A DNA stretch of 57,971 nucleotides, filler included, from Porpidia crustulata (Eukaryota), in the NCBI GenBank assembly GCA_964255105.1. It is 5 parts of 5 records of this genome, joined end to end, with 100 filler letters (N's around TTAATTAATTAA, not from the genome) between each part and the next. Parts side by side here need not be neighbours in the genome. Positions count along the whole stretch, not along the records: positions 23,245 to 34,761 come from CAXUWE010000647.1; positions 34,862 to 46,366 come from CAXUWE010000648.1; 3 more parts are not named here. One strand, given 5' to 3'. The translations under genes were made by a program, and so were the position numbers. The notes below the pieces were generated by a model. It did not search any database and was not told the DNA's origin. It was given only the letters and a program-made list of their open reading frames with translations. This document shows positions 23,473 through 37,200 of the stretch, piece by piece. Position 1 is the first letter of the stretch. The number at the start of each line of letters is the position of its first letter.

Positions 23473-26400
23473 TCGTTTGTTTTAATGCAATGTGGGCGCA
23501 CCGGGTCTTTCTTTCACGTGTATTATTGTAAAATCATCAGTTCGGCGCTCTGCATTGAATCTTCGGACGGTTGGGGCAAAAATATATCAGCATGGCAGGG
23601 TTGGAAACGAAGGATTGTACATATGTAATTGTAACGTGGAGAGCCTTTGTATATCAGAATGAAGTACTTAAGCTGTCCCGACGGTTTTCTCACCGGAGAG
23701 CCGATGACTCATCTTTTTCCAGCAATCCGGATGAACCTGTTCGCATGACGACTATTCCCTGCGCTCCACATACCCCCTCCCCGGCCCCGCTCCGTTCTTA
23801 TGACTCCATTTCTATCCCAAATAACCAGCAGACACAGGACCGCACTTCCCTTTCCCTCGTCCCTCTCCTCGCCCCTGCTCAGGCAGCACCGCCACTGCTC
23901 CCGCTACTAATCCTCTTGCTCACCTTCTATTCCGGGTGCTACTCAAGAGCCTTAATCTCGCTTCACCCATACTCAGTCCCGCCTTTGAGCTATTGCTACT
24001 GTTGACGAACCATGCCTTGCCTGCATCTACCACTCCTTCAAATTTTTTGGTCAATCTAGGCGGAGGTCTGGTGACCTATTTTTGGGACCTCAGGAGGGGA
24101 AAGGGCTTGGCGCCTTGAATCCTGCTGCATGGTGCATATGGACTCGCGGGTTGTATCTCCCTTGTGAAATGGGGATTTTCAGTACTGTTAATGTCTCGGC
24201 TGCTTTGTCTCCTCTTGAGAACGTACGCCACCAACCTAAGTCTGAGCCTGCTCGATCGACCGTCTTGATGTGGGCGGATTTGACGCCATAGGCGGCCCTA
24301 TTTGATGGTTGGGTCTGAGATTACAGATGGTACATTAAAAGCGAGTCATGTAGAGGTAGCCGACAAAAAGGCCATCCCGACACTTTATCAAAAACGAGCA
24401 CTCCGGCGCATGCCGCAGGTGGCTAGCAAATGTTAGATGATTGAGTATGTAGGAACCATGGTCACTCTGGTCTCCGCGACAACCGTCCACTTCGTGTTTT
24501 CACATCTACATGATTACGCTGCAGCCGCTGCAGCCGCTGCGGAGACCACCGGCTATTGGATCGCGGATGGTGGCATTGTTGAAGCTCATCGGTGTTCGGA
24601 GACTCAGTAAATAAAGATCGCGGAAGCGATGACAATGCGACTATGCAATGCAGGATACGAGGCGTCGACGGAGTATTAAAAGTGAATGAAGAGCCGTGCG
24701 GACATATAGGAAATTTTAGACGAATTTAGATAGATAAACCTCTCAAGGCTTCATGGATCATAAAGCGGCGAGGGCGGCAACTTTTGAGACAGATTGAAGG
24801 GCAAGCGTACGTGAGTGACAAGGGACGAGATCTGGACCGCGGCAACCTGAATGACACGAAAAAGGGCATTCCAAGTTGGGAAAGTGGGCCAGAATCCGGG
24901 CCCATGGGGAGGCTCTGAGTGGAACTCAGTTGATGCTCAGGGCTGCTCAGGCTCGGAACAGCCTTGCACAGCCACAGGCGCTCAGGTCTCGAAACGAAAC
25001 TGGAATTTGGAGAGGTCAAGACCCGGGCGTGAGTATACTGTCATCGTCTGAATTCGGATTTCTGGAAGAATGGAGCCTCAAATCAGAACAGGTGAGCGTC
25101 CTGTTGGAGCATGCGTCGAACTGTATGGCTATGCGTTGATGAGAACTTCTGGCTGGTATTCCGGTGGCTCGTGATTTGGGAGGCCCACGTGCAGGTCAGG
25201 AAGTGTAGATTTTGGGATTAGGATTATCCTACTCGTGTAGGCTTTCTCTGGAGGATTTGAGCAGAGAGGTTGGTTATTCTCGAGGAAGTGGGGAAGATGG
25301 GCTGGCTGTTGGGCACAGCGGTCTCAAATACTTAAGAACTGGAAACCAGGAGCTATTGTCATAAGCATTTTGTGCTCACCCTCGGTTTGCTAGACGCAGA
25401 AGGAAGGAGCGAGTGTGGTGTAGGGGCTACGTGGTGTAAAGCTAGCATTCACGCTGTCTTGATGGCCGGCTTAGGAGTTGTGGAAGCAATGCGGGTGCTT
25501 GGTAGACATCTTCTGTCTACGGATTGCATGGGATCATCCGTAGATCGAACGGCACTCAGTAGATGAAGGTTTGAGTTAGTGAGAAAACTCGCTCATGGAG
25601 AGCTGCCTTTGGTTCGTGGATGATTGTCGATGAATTGGATGATACTTCGAGTGTGGAAATCGGCGAGTTTGCGTGACTTGGTCAGCGACTAACGGCGTCG
25701 TCATTGTCCAGCTCGAAGGTCAGATAGCTATTGGTCTCAGAGCAAGGCTGACTCGTTTAACCGTCTCGTTGGCTTTACGTAGCTCTGTAGTAGATTCCTA
25801 GGACATCCTATCAAACACTGCATTAGCGCTGCGGAAGATCCTTTGGATATGAGACAATAAGACGACAAAAACGCAACAGAGAAACATGAAAGAACGTTTG
25901 GAAAGATTTGGTGAAGTTGCTTAAACGTAGTACAGCTGTTAGTCGCTACATTCTGGGTGAAGCGCCTCATATCCGTGAAGCAAAGCTTATTTAGTCCATC
26001 CACCCATCCACGGATGCACTCTTCCACAAACTGGCTTCCCAAACGAGGACATCCATCCATGAATCAAGAACGGCCTGGTGTTTCTTGCAATACAGCGACC
26101 ACGGATCCTTTCACTACGCCGCGGAATGAATACCATTCGGGACGCATCTGCTTTGGGATTTGATGCATTGCAAGGAACAGGGTCGCCCTCTGCGAGTCTC
26201 ACGGTATATTTGCCGATGAATGGAAGACGCAATCCAAGGGGAGAACATGATCCCTGCGCTCGTTGGATCTTCCAAGGCGCTCATTGCCGTGTTCGTGCAC
26301 TCTTTCCGGTGCCACCAAGCAAGGCGATATTAAACCATCTCGGCTTTGTGGGAAGGACAGGACTCGTAACGCCAAGAATCGTACCATGGCGCAGAACGGC

Positions 26401-27633
26401 AGCGGGTTGACAAGAGAGGTGTTTAAAAGGCGGCTTGGGCAAACCAGACGATGCAACGGTCTCGGGTCCCACTCTGCTGCGAGTCTGGGCTCAAAATGTG
26501 TCCCTACTATAGGCGGTGCTTCACTACGATATTGTGAACGACAACAGGTTGTCGAACGAGATTCCCATCATCCCTATATATGGTGAATCTTGATGGTCGA
26601 GCAATTATTATGATCCTGATCTTAGGGGAGAACTGATGCCGGGGCCCCTTGTTGCATGACGAACAGAATCAAGCCGTTTGAAGTAGATGTTGGAAGGTGA
26701 CCTTTGGGAACGCGATGACAGTAACGTCAGCAGTGTTCAGATATGTCATGATCGTGGACGACTACCGTCATGCTGACACCTGTCGTTGTTGCGTTTTCAG
26801 CATTTTGAATCATTTCATGCAAGTTTGACAGCTGCAGCGTCGTAACACGGCTACTCTCGCCCGCTTCACCACGGGGCATCGCTTTCCGTGGTCCTTCTTC
26901 CGTCTCTGCCCAATCTTACCTAGCCTCTGAAGTGGTATCCATGGTGGAAGAACATACTCGTTCAGGCTGGTCTTGGGGGCGCCTCGGGCAATTTGACGAT
27001 CGGTGATTCCGGTTACAGGTTGATTTACCGATTGGGCACCGACACATACTTTGCTTAGTATCCCACCGGCTACACTACTAATTATCTACTCTACGAGTAC
27101 CACTTCCATGCCCATTGCGTGGGTTGATTCCTTGCTAACGGAGCTGCAAGTATCCGGCTCCCCTAGCTTTCCACAGGGACATGGTCCAGCATCCTTCCGG
27201 GCGGAAAGTTAGGATGCGCCGGTGGCGTCCGACGCAAATGAGTCGACAGGATCAGGGACTGTTTACGAAGACTACAAAGTATGGTTTATGTCAAATGCGG
27301 GTCATCGCACCAAAAAGTCAATTTCCACGTTGTTGGCGTCGTATCACATCTTCAGCTGTCCCCGTCCATCGATCCTGGCGCCACCCTGGCCGTTTAGCTC
27401 ACTCGGCAGCTATCATTGGCCCTTCCTCAATGAACATCAACAGCGACGAGAGTCAATATTGCGAAACACACGGGACATGCGAACTGAAAGACTGCAAAAA
27501 TGAAATGCACTAGTAAAGGTGCAATTCCGTACTGGTCAAGATTGTTTCGTCATACCCATCTTTCCACATTCTAATCTCCACAATTTTGTGTGAAAACAGC
27601 ATTTAAATCACAATAGTAATAGAAACAATAATA

Positions 27634-28743
27634 ATGTCGGAGGTCAAGAGATGGATTGTATCGGAGGTGCGTTTCGTCTTGCGGGCTAGACATCCGTAGA
27701 TAGAGATTTAGATTGTTGACAGGAGTCTGAACACATCATAGCCCTATCTACAGCTGGATTGTGGCCTTGGAGAAGCAGTCTTTTATGAGAAAATTTCGCA
27801 TAGCCTTCGATTTGTAGATATTATCAAAGAGAAATTGCATGTTCTCGATTTGAGCAAGGGCCCGTCCTCGCTAAAGACCTTTAACCTCGAGGCGCCTGTA
27901 AGGTTCGAGATTCCCACGAACATGGCGAGACAGGGTCCTAACATCTCCGCAGTACCACGGCGGATATTGACGATACGGACGAAGAAATCGTCGTGGGAGC
28001 AAAATTGGGTTACGCTCTTTTGAGTCGAGGGAACGGGAAAATCAGATACCTGAAAACATTATGGGATGAAGGTGACGAGCTTGACAAGGGAAGGAGGTAC
28101 AAGCACCCTTGTAGTTGGCAAACATCATCACTAATACAAACTTTGTAGAATGCGCCTCAACGACGGCGCGGTTGATAGCAGAGGGAGATATTGGGCTGGG
28201 GCGATGAATGATCCCGAGGTCGCCGACCTCAGTGACGAGGGAGTTCTGTTCCGCCTGGATCCAGACTTGCAGCTCCATCGGATGATAGAAAATGTGACTA
28301 TTCCTAATGGAATTGGCTGGACTCAAGACGACAAATCAATGTACTTTGTTGACACGCCATCGATGAACATCTTCAAACTCGATTATGACATTGCAACAGG
28401 TGCCATTTCAAATAAGAGGGTATTCTTCCACCATGACGGAGCAGGAGGCCCTGATGGGCTTGTGCTCGACTGCGAGGGCTGCCTCTGGACCGCGATCTGC
28501 GGAGGCGGTAAGGTGCTGAGGATCTCTCCCAACGGAAAGATTGTGGGCGAAGTCGTCTTACCGACGCGGATGATTACCTGCCCAGGATTCGCTGGTGAAG
28601 CCCTGTTCATCACCTCTGCAGCAGAGGAAGAGCCAGGCAAATACCCCGAGTCGGCCAGGTACGCTGGTAGCCTTTTCAGGATAAACGTCGGGGTAATTGG
28701 CGTGCAGCTGCATAAATTCAAACGGATTTCCAGTGCAGCTTGA
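27634..28743 (+). CDS. SMP-30/gluconolactonase/LRE (regucalcin-like) beta-propeller; 4 exons
   Basis: CGLGEA.FYE, RLNDGAVDSRGRYWAGAM, IPNGIGW, GPDGLVLD.EGCLW, LFITSA. Confidence 0.92.
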
Positions 28744-31659
28744 TGGGCGGTGTGCGCTGCACAGATGAGGCGCAGTAGAAAATAGTATTGCGGGTTGACA
28801 TGAATTAAAATTTACCTGCAAGCTATCGTGAGCATCAAGAGTGCTTGAATAGAGAGGAATTTACACACAGCAATGATGATAATAACGATACTGTGAAATT
28901 GACTGTCAACTAGAATAGAAAATCGCCATGTTCGTAGCTACCTAATTTGGCAACTTCTCAACGTAATGACAGGCTTGATCCAGACTCAAAATGCCTCACC
29001 GCCATTCCACCGACTGTGGTACGCTGTACGCAAGCCGTGTTGCAGGATCGCTGGTGTGTTGGAGAGTTTTTAGTTATGATTCCTATTGCTAACCCTGACG
29101 GCGGATGTGACTCTCTTGTCTGTTGCACAATTATTTTTGGATACCAAGGCTGTGGAGACGAGAGAAGGAGATTTCAAGCGAAGCTTTGCCCTCGTCAGAT
29201 CTTCATGATGCACCACGTCCTGCGGATGATCGCCCAATTTAAGACGTACAAGAAGTCGACCATTACTAGGCCAATGCTGCAATGAAACAAAACTCGCTTG
29301 CAAGAAGTTTCGAGTCCAGCCAATAGTCAACAGAGGGCGAATCAAGTCGTGTTGTTCAAGCAATTCTTTCATGAGGAGCCACGTGTACTTCATGAAGGAC
29401 GCGAACAACATTTGGAAAACTCAAGACAGGCTGGCTTATGTACTCATGCGCTGGCAGTTGACAATTCCTGCCATGACGGTCTAACCCCGTGACCGCCGAA
29501 CAATGCATCCTGCAGGTAGGCCTAAATGCACGTATGCATCGAGGCGAAACAACGACGCATGTGTGTATGTCAAGCAGCAAGTTTGGCGCCAGTGGGCCAC
29601 ACCTGGCTTACCCTCGAATCCCAAGTGATCTGTGCCAACAACTTCCCAGAGCTCAATTCTGTTAGCGTGTTCACTCATCGTCGTAAATGACTTCATGGAG
29701 GATACGACCTATGGGGTGCCGAACGGCTCATAAACTTGGACATTCAAGCATAGCTAATTCAGCTCGGACCCGAACATCAACCCTCGGACGGTAGCAGTAG
29801 GAGGGATAGGGGAGGTTCCTAGCGAACCAGTTTTACCTGTGGCCATGGCTTCATCATCTCAACAATAATAATATCACTCCAATCATGACCGGAAGAATAG
29901 TCCGGCATATTGTTTATTATCATCATTATTATCATTGTTCAAAGCAATGACAAGCTGACCATTGTGCGCTCGGATTAGTTTCGGCAAAGAGGATACGATT
30001 GGTGCGCAAACAATGGGAGGGATCGTCGGAGCCCAAGAGAAACCCGCGTTCCCCATCATCTAGAAGCGTTGCAGAACGATCCTACGGATGTACCAGATCT
30101 GATCCCGATTACATACCAGCGAAAGCCAACGAATAACTACAATACATACTACTCAGGTAGGGAAGCCACAAATATGATTGTTGGGGACCAATGAAGCTCT
30201 ACAAGCTACAGACAATTCCGGAAACGGATTGAAAGGATCCGAAAAGTTAGAACTCCTGCTATGGAAGCTCTTAGGCAGCTTGCGCCAGGGAAAGTAGTAT
30301 TGAGAGGAGTCCTCCGGGTTCTCGGAGCCCTGCTAGCTTTGGCCCGGGTGTTGTATGATCATAATTTCCCTCGTGGAAAACGCATGCTTATCTTTACGAA
30401 AACGAATGAGATGATGCGTGGTTGAGGAGGAGGAGGTGTCAGATCGACGTTAGGTTCGACTAACAAGTACCAAAGCTTGACGGCAAGAACCGAGAGGTCG
30501 GCCAGCAGGTTTCGCAATCAACTACCTATTGGTGTATCTTACGTGTCTGAACCTCGTGAGTATCCTCAACAACAAACTCCTTACCTATTGAATGTTTCGA
30601 ATTACTACCTAATTTCAACCACGTTAAATTGCACGATGACTGATGATGTCAACATGCTTAGACTCCAATCCGAAATAGGGCAGTTACTGTGGGCTTTACG
30701 GGTATTGACACTTGACGGGCACCTTCGACGTATTCTCCGTGCCTATGAGCTCTTCGTACTTGTTGGTCTGCCTAATTCAGTGTCCGACTAGGTGTATGTA
30801 TTTACCACTTGCTAGGTATCTTACCTTAGTTCTGCACAGCACACGAGTAAAACGTGGCACACGGCGCAGTGCAGCCTTAGGAGAAATTGGAATTTCGGGC
30901 ACACAGGCGACAAGATTCGACTCGCTAAATTGAGCCACAGTCAGCCCCGGGGCCCGTGTCTGTCTGTCTGTTGTTGTCGAGCTGCGACATGGGCGGCCAG
31001 GGGAACCATGTTCGTGTGTCATCATGTTTGCGACAATGCTCGTGCATATCTCCCTATCGTGTCTTGTTGATGTGATCGTCGCTCACGTGGGTCAATCTGG
31101 AGAGAACCTAATAAATCGCTCTCTCCTGGTTGTTACCTACTCATGATTGTCATTGTTATTGAAAGCCTAGTGACAATGCTACCCAGGTAAGATCACAAGG
31201 ATTGCAGCAGGGATTCCAGATCCAACCAAACGGTGTCATACGCCTTCCTAAAGCCGTGGCGTGGGAGTCCCACTGGCGACTAGCGTATGCCGATGGTTTG
31301 GTGATGGGAGATGCCCGAATGGTAAGCTTACCAGAACCACTGGAAATTTCAGGCCTTTGGGGTGAGCAGTGGCCCATCTCGATCCCCAATCAGGCCTGTC
31401 ATGATGAGGATCCGTGGACGGCCATGTAGCTAACACCGCGTCCCGTTTTCCCCGAGGCCGCCGCCCCGTCCCAAGAAAAGAACAAGTCTTTTTCCATGCA
31501 GGTGGCCTGCAAGTCGGTTTAGTTTTATGTCCCTGAATTCACGATCTCATGTGTGATGTGCAGCGCAGAAAAGAAGTGTCATCATCTTGCTTTTCTCACC
31601 GCTACATGGGTCGTTCGCGGCCCAAGCTAAATACATCACGGCCTGCACCTGTAGCTTTA

Positions 31660-33691
31660 ATGTCCTCAATGTACCTTATTTCCTACATATCGTGAGTTTT
31701 GTGCTACCTGACTTACCTTAGTTCTTCACCTTTATCATCTTCTACAACAGCATGGGGGATAGAGCTCGCGTCTTGGGTACGTCTGCTTGTATTTCGTCTC
31801 ACAGGATTTGAATTTCGAAAGTACCTCGTGTACAATACCTGTCATTGGTTCGTACTACGGGCCCCTCAACCCGTCAACAACATCAAATCCGCGGGACGTC
31901 ATTCGTCCTTGCATAACCGCCGCCCTGGCTGTTTCTCAAGTCAGCACATTTCCCTTCCCCACCTTTCTAGGACCTCACTCCCCATCGGCGCTCCAGGAGC
32001 GCAACACCGACTTCAAGACAAGCATCAAAACGTCCTACGAGCATTGGCGGCAGAGGCAAATCAGGGAAGAGAAAAACTATCAATGCAACGGCGCTCGAGA
32101 AGACCTCTGCTCCCAGGACGAGGTCCATATGTCACAGGGGCCGTCACCTTCGCGCCCCTCCAGCCCTCCGTCCGATGATACAACGCAGGCGTTGGCTTCG
32201 CGAGAATCCCGGACTTTACCCCCCATAACCGACAGCTATAGGCCTACTTCCGAGAGACCTGGCTTTTACAGTGCCACGTCAGTTCAGGATGTGTCAGGTA
32301 GACCACGTACACCTAGCGGCCCTGATCAGTGGCACTCGCGGCCGATTGGAGTGCAGAACCTTCTCAATCCTACAAACAGAGAACATGCGAAGAACCAAAG
32401 TCGACGACGGACCGCCGAGCACTTTGACTTCCGGTCGTCGTTGGGAGGGAGTTCTCCACGTATGACGTCGACTTCGTTGTCGCAGTCCCCATCGGATAGC
32501 TCCTTGCCCAGCATCACACCCCCTTCCACAAGCGCGTACCCTTCGCAGGCTGGCTTGGCTCCACATCGCACCCTTACGCCTCGGTCCTTGTCGGCATTTG
32601 CCATCAACCCTTTTACGGTGAATCCGCCCGTGGCAACAATAGACGCAAAAACGTCTCCCTTTGTCACCACCAACGATCGTGTGGGGCCGGATATGATGTA
32701 TCTGCCAGAAAGCACTCTCGGCCCTGCCTTACCAGGAGTACCTCATAGCTTCCCCGAAGTGCATCAGCCATCGTCGGGCCGTCGGACCAGCGGTAGTAAT
32801 CTGCAACATCAAAATTTCCTCACCCGCCGAGGCAGCGGAGGTGCAGGCCTTCAACCGACGGCAACCCACAGCGAAAGCCCAAGCACTTCGTATTCCTCCT
32901 ACAGCCGCCTCAGCCACACACCGCCAGCTACGCAGCCCAACGTATCTCTTAATCAACCAACATCGTCTTATTACGCCCCGTACAATGGCAATGGTACCGC
33001 ATCGGCAATCTCTCAGATGGGATATGATTCCAAGCATCCGTACACCACGGCAGCAAGCTCAATGGCTCAGGGCACGTATCACTTGATGACCCTCGACACG
33101 GAGCAAGGTCCCATTCAGGTACCTGTTGACGTGCAAGCTGCGTCGAAAGTAGCTGACGAGAAACGCAAGCGCAATGCTACCGCATCCCATCGATTTCGTC
33201 AACGTCGAAAGGAAAAGGAACGAGAAACTTCAAGCAACATTGCAAAATTAGAGCACCAAATCCGGGAAATGGCTGAAGAAAGAGACTACTACCGAAGTGA
33301 AAGAGACTTCTTTCGAAGTGTTAGTGCTGGCGGCGTCCCTTCCCATGCAGTCACCGCACCTCGGCCTCCATCTCCGAGGCACCTTCGACAAGCCCAGCTT
33401 GGGTCAAGCGGATCCTTCGTGGGTACACAATGGCAAGAAACCGAAGAAAGCAACCGTGAGGCAAGGAATACACGTAGACGGACCAGCGCTTATGTGCCAG
33501 TGCTCGGTCCACCTCCGCAAGCCCCAGTCCCTACAGTCACGAATCGCTACTCCCAAGTTCCATCGAACGTACCCGGGATTCTCGAACGGCCGTCTATGGA
33601 CAATAGAAGTCACGTGCAAGGTCAGAACCATTCTCCAGCGGGCCCTTTCAACCCTTCCACGGTCACACATGGCTGGAAGGCCAATCAATAA
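31660..33691 (+). CDS. bZIP transcription factor; start uncertain (spliced 31660/31752, or ATG 32129)
   Basis: IQVPVDVQAASKVADEKRKRNATASHRFRQRRKEKE basic region plus zipper; ORF 31787-33691; possible exons 31660-31691 and 31751-31776 splice in frame to 31971. Confidence 0.88.
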
Positions 33692-34761
33692 GCGACGCAG
33701 GTCTATATATACGTATCACAAACTATACGTTATGGCCCCCCCTATATACGGATGTGCATTTTATTTGAGCGTTACATTTGAGCGTCTGATTTAGCGACAC
33801 CGCTGTTCGTACTCTTTTCCTTCATCAAGATACCCGGGTCGGCATTCTGTCAGCGTTCCGAGCGTGTAGCGTTAGTACCAATTTCCAGAGCCAGGCGGAG
33901 GAATTTGGCACACAGTGCTCCTGGTGGTGGAATTTTGTTTTTGGAATACTCCAGGGCTTTTACACTTTTCGGAGTCATCATTGCATATACATGTCAGGCT
34001 TAGTCTTCTACAAGTACATGATCTTTACAGACTTCATTCCCTCAGAAACTCTACAACGGCATCGGCAGATTCATTGGCCCAAATTGCAACTATATGTAGA
34101 TAGACTACGGGGTTTTGGAATGGAGATGTATACTTGCAAGCAGAAAAACAAATGAACTCCCACATACATAATATTATTAGACAGAAACACGTAACAAACA
34201 GACAGGCGCTAGTGTAGTTTACCAACCACGCTCTGGCAGTAAACTCTTGAATTTACCACCTGGGGCCACCCAGTGCAGAAAGGACCCTTAAAGCGGTGCT
34301 AATCCATTCGAATCGCACGGCAACGAAGGAGAAGTTCAAAGAAAGAGATGGAGTGATCCATCAGCCACCAACAGTGACAGCGATGCAGTAAAATGCACAG
34401 TGACAACACACCTCCATCAACAATGGCAGGCTCGGCCCAATCGCTGCAATCGAAGGATATCTTTCGGCTCAATCATCTAACAACACGAATATATCCGAAT
34501 GTAATGGGAATAACACCACAAATTACTCTATCGTATCCATGTTGCCAGGACCACACCCTTGGCTACGAACGCACTGCCTCCCGACGAAACACTGACGGTC
34601 AACGAGCGGACACAATTTCCGGTTACACGAGCCTGACGAGCACGTGTGTCCGGCCATCAGGACCAGGGTGCACAAGTAATAATTCTGCAGGCGAAAGCAC
34701 GCAATGCTGTGCCTGCAACCTCCATCAAAGCACCGAAGATACACCGGGGGGTCCTGTGGGG

Positions 34762-34861
34762 NNNNNNNNNNNNNNNNNNNNNNNNNNNNNNNNNNNNNNN
34801 NNNNNTTAATTAATTAANNNNNNNNNNNNNNNNNNNNNNNNNNNNNNNNNNNNNNNNNNNN
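34762..34861. other. Artificial contig linker N44-TTAATTAATTAA-N44
   Basis: Same spacer. Confidence 0.98.
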
Positions 34862-35566
34862 CCTCCGGCCACTCCCAGGTGCGAACATGTGCGGGCGGCG
34901 GCGGCGGCGATTGCAACGGCAACAAGCCGGCGGGATACAGAGGCTAGAGGAGGTCGAGGGGAGAAAGTGGAGAGATGAGAGAGAAGGGGAGAAGAGCACG
35001 GGAAGATTGTTGGCTGGGTGGCGAGGAGGGTGAAAGGAGATGCGGGCGAGGTGACGACGGCGGAATGGAGGGGAGAGGACAGGACGGCCTAGCGGGCATG
35101 AGGGAGAGCGCCAGAGTTAATGGTGGCTTTGAAGATGGTCAGTCTCTTGTGCGGAAATCGTCTAAATCCGTTTACTGGGGAGCAGGATAACACATGCCCC
35201 GTTCACTGCTAACAATAGCAGCACGACGATTCGGACAACGGTAATTCTGGTGGTGAAGATTTGCATGATTGCCTCACACTAGTTGATATTGATGCTGATG
35301 AAGAGGTAGATGGGTAGAAGGGGGAGGTCTGTCTGGTCTAAAGAAAGGAGTGGGCTTGGCCACTTTTCCTTGTGCAATAGCTGCCCACAAGAATGCAATT
35401 CTTGCTTCAAGCTTAAGAAGCTTACACGACAATGGGGGGGGGAGGAAGAGGAAATGTATTCCTCACTTCTATTGGATAGCAATGATGGGAAGGTTGATTT
35501 CCGAATCATCTCAGGGACGGCAGGGCTGGTGTTGAAAGGAGTGACTGTCCAAGGCTTTCACTTCAT

Positions 35567-36581
35567 CTAGTCCTTGAATATCTGGGGTAGAGACTGCTGC
35601 CATTAGTATGCACCACTGTAAACGCCCATATCATCTCAATCACGTACCTTTGCGTATTTTGGCTCGACAAAGAGACCCTCGGCCTCAACAAGGACATCAC
35701 CCGGCTCTATGCCCTCACCGAGGAGGGAGATATTCCCTTTCACCCAAGCTTTTCTCCCCTCTACTTTCACCAGTTCTGCTCGCAGTACCAAGAACCTCCC
35801 CGCAGGCGCAGGTTTCCGATAATTCACCGTCAATTGCGCAGTCACGCCGATTCTGTTGGGTAAAGCTGTAAAACTACATCTTGCTAACCCTTCGTCCAAC
35901 AAAGTCGCCAGCATACCGCCATGCAGAATACCCACATGGCCGCAAAGATCGGTTCCCAGGTACGAGATTGAAATCAGTTCCTTGCCGTCGTGCGAGAACA
36001 CCAGCGGCGGTACAGGGATTTTGCCATGGCCCATTAGCGTCGCCGCCGTGAGGTTGTGTGATCTATGCGGCTCTATCATACGGAGATGCGGTCTCGATTC
36101 TTTAAAATTAGGATTCGCCCGTAGGGACTTGGTGAGAGGATGGTTCTGAATGTAGGCATCTACTTCGGCCGCATGCTCGTTGGCAGGCAAGAACAAAGTA
36201 AGTGAATCATGATCTGAAGGGGCTTTTGCTAGTGCCACGAAAGCAGCGATTGCGGGTGCGGTCGCTATGAGGAAACCAAAAGATGTGAAAGCTATCGACA
36301 AAGCGGAAAGCGTTACGATACGGCGGAGACGAGAGGTTGGAACTTGGGTTTGTGAAGCTGAAAAGCGTTGCAGGTCAGCATACGCGGTACGATCAAAAAG
36401 GACATCTTGGCGGGCGGGTTTGACCTGCTTGAGCACTGTACAACCGCCATTGTCGTCTATAAAGAAGTAACCGAGGGTCATTTATGAGGGGCTTCTGTAT
36501 CATCCGTTGTGAAAAGCGCAGCCCAGGACGAGTCAGCTGTTTCGCCGCAAAAGAACACAAATCAGGTCTAAGGAAAGACAT
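35567..36581 (-). CDS. Mitochondrial hotdog-fold (PaaI/4HBT) thioesterase, Fmp10-like; 3 exons
   Basis: Arg-rich presequence, YLGTDLCGHVGILHGGMLATLLDEGLARC, GVTAQLTVNYRKP, EGRKAWV, LFVEPK. Confidence 0.88.
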
Positions 36582-37200
36582 TGGAAGCTCTATCTTCTCT
36601 CTATAAGTGCATTTAAAACATTCAAAGACATCGCGGACAGGGAACTTCGACGTAGGACTTGACGTAGGATTAGAAATGGATTCCGGACAGGAATAATTAG
36701 ATACGGCGGGAAAACTGTGCCTCGGCTACACTACGCGCTTATCTCCGGAGCGTACTCCGTAAAACGGCCTTCCTATCATTCTGCCTTTCCATCCTTTTAT
36801 ACATAGAGTAGATCTTCAAAAGTCAGGCTTTCCATAGGATTTTGTTCAATATCATATGATACACTTTACTTCCGAATTTTGTTTCCCACCAATATCTTTC
36901 AATCAGCACAACATCCAATCCTCTAGATGGCCGTTCAACCACAAACATCATACTCCGAAATCTCATATCTATTCTGACTGTGAAGAAATCCGAAGGCGAT
37001 ACCGAATGGAATCAGCTTAGGCCTAACAGAATGGAGTATCGGTTTATTGTTCAACAGCTTTCTCTCTACGAATATACTTCAAGCCTCTTACGGGGATACC
37101 TACTTCGTTTGAGAGGTTGGTAGAGTATCAATGCTATCGAAATAATCATAAGCAAAGCTCATTGCGTCACATAATCGCTGGATTTATTTGTTTCTAGCCG

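Noticed and set aside
24518..24540. Short tandem repeats (GCTGCAGCC x2.5; CAACAG run near 11420)
   Set aside because: Ordinary micro/minisatellites with no spacer structure; not CRISPR-like
30440..30470. GGTTCGA T-loop-like words (also near 11150 and 57225) as tRNAs
   Set aside because: No cloverleaf stems could be formed around them
34393..34761. Cys-containing ORF running into the gap
   Set aside because: Short, truncated, no signal peptide or family motif; cannot be supported as a gene
36359..36425. Apparent frameshift between thioesterase ORFs 36393-36581 and 35636-36481
   Set aside because: Explained by an ordinary intron (GTCAAA..GCTGAC..TTTCAG) that restores the frame
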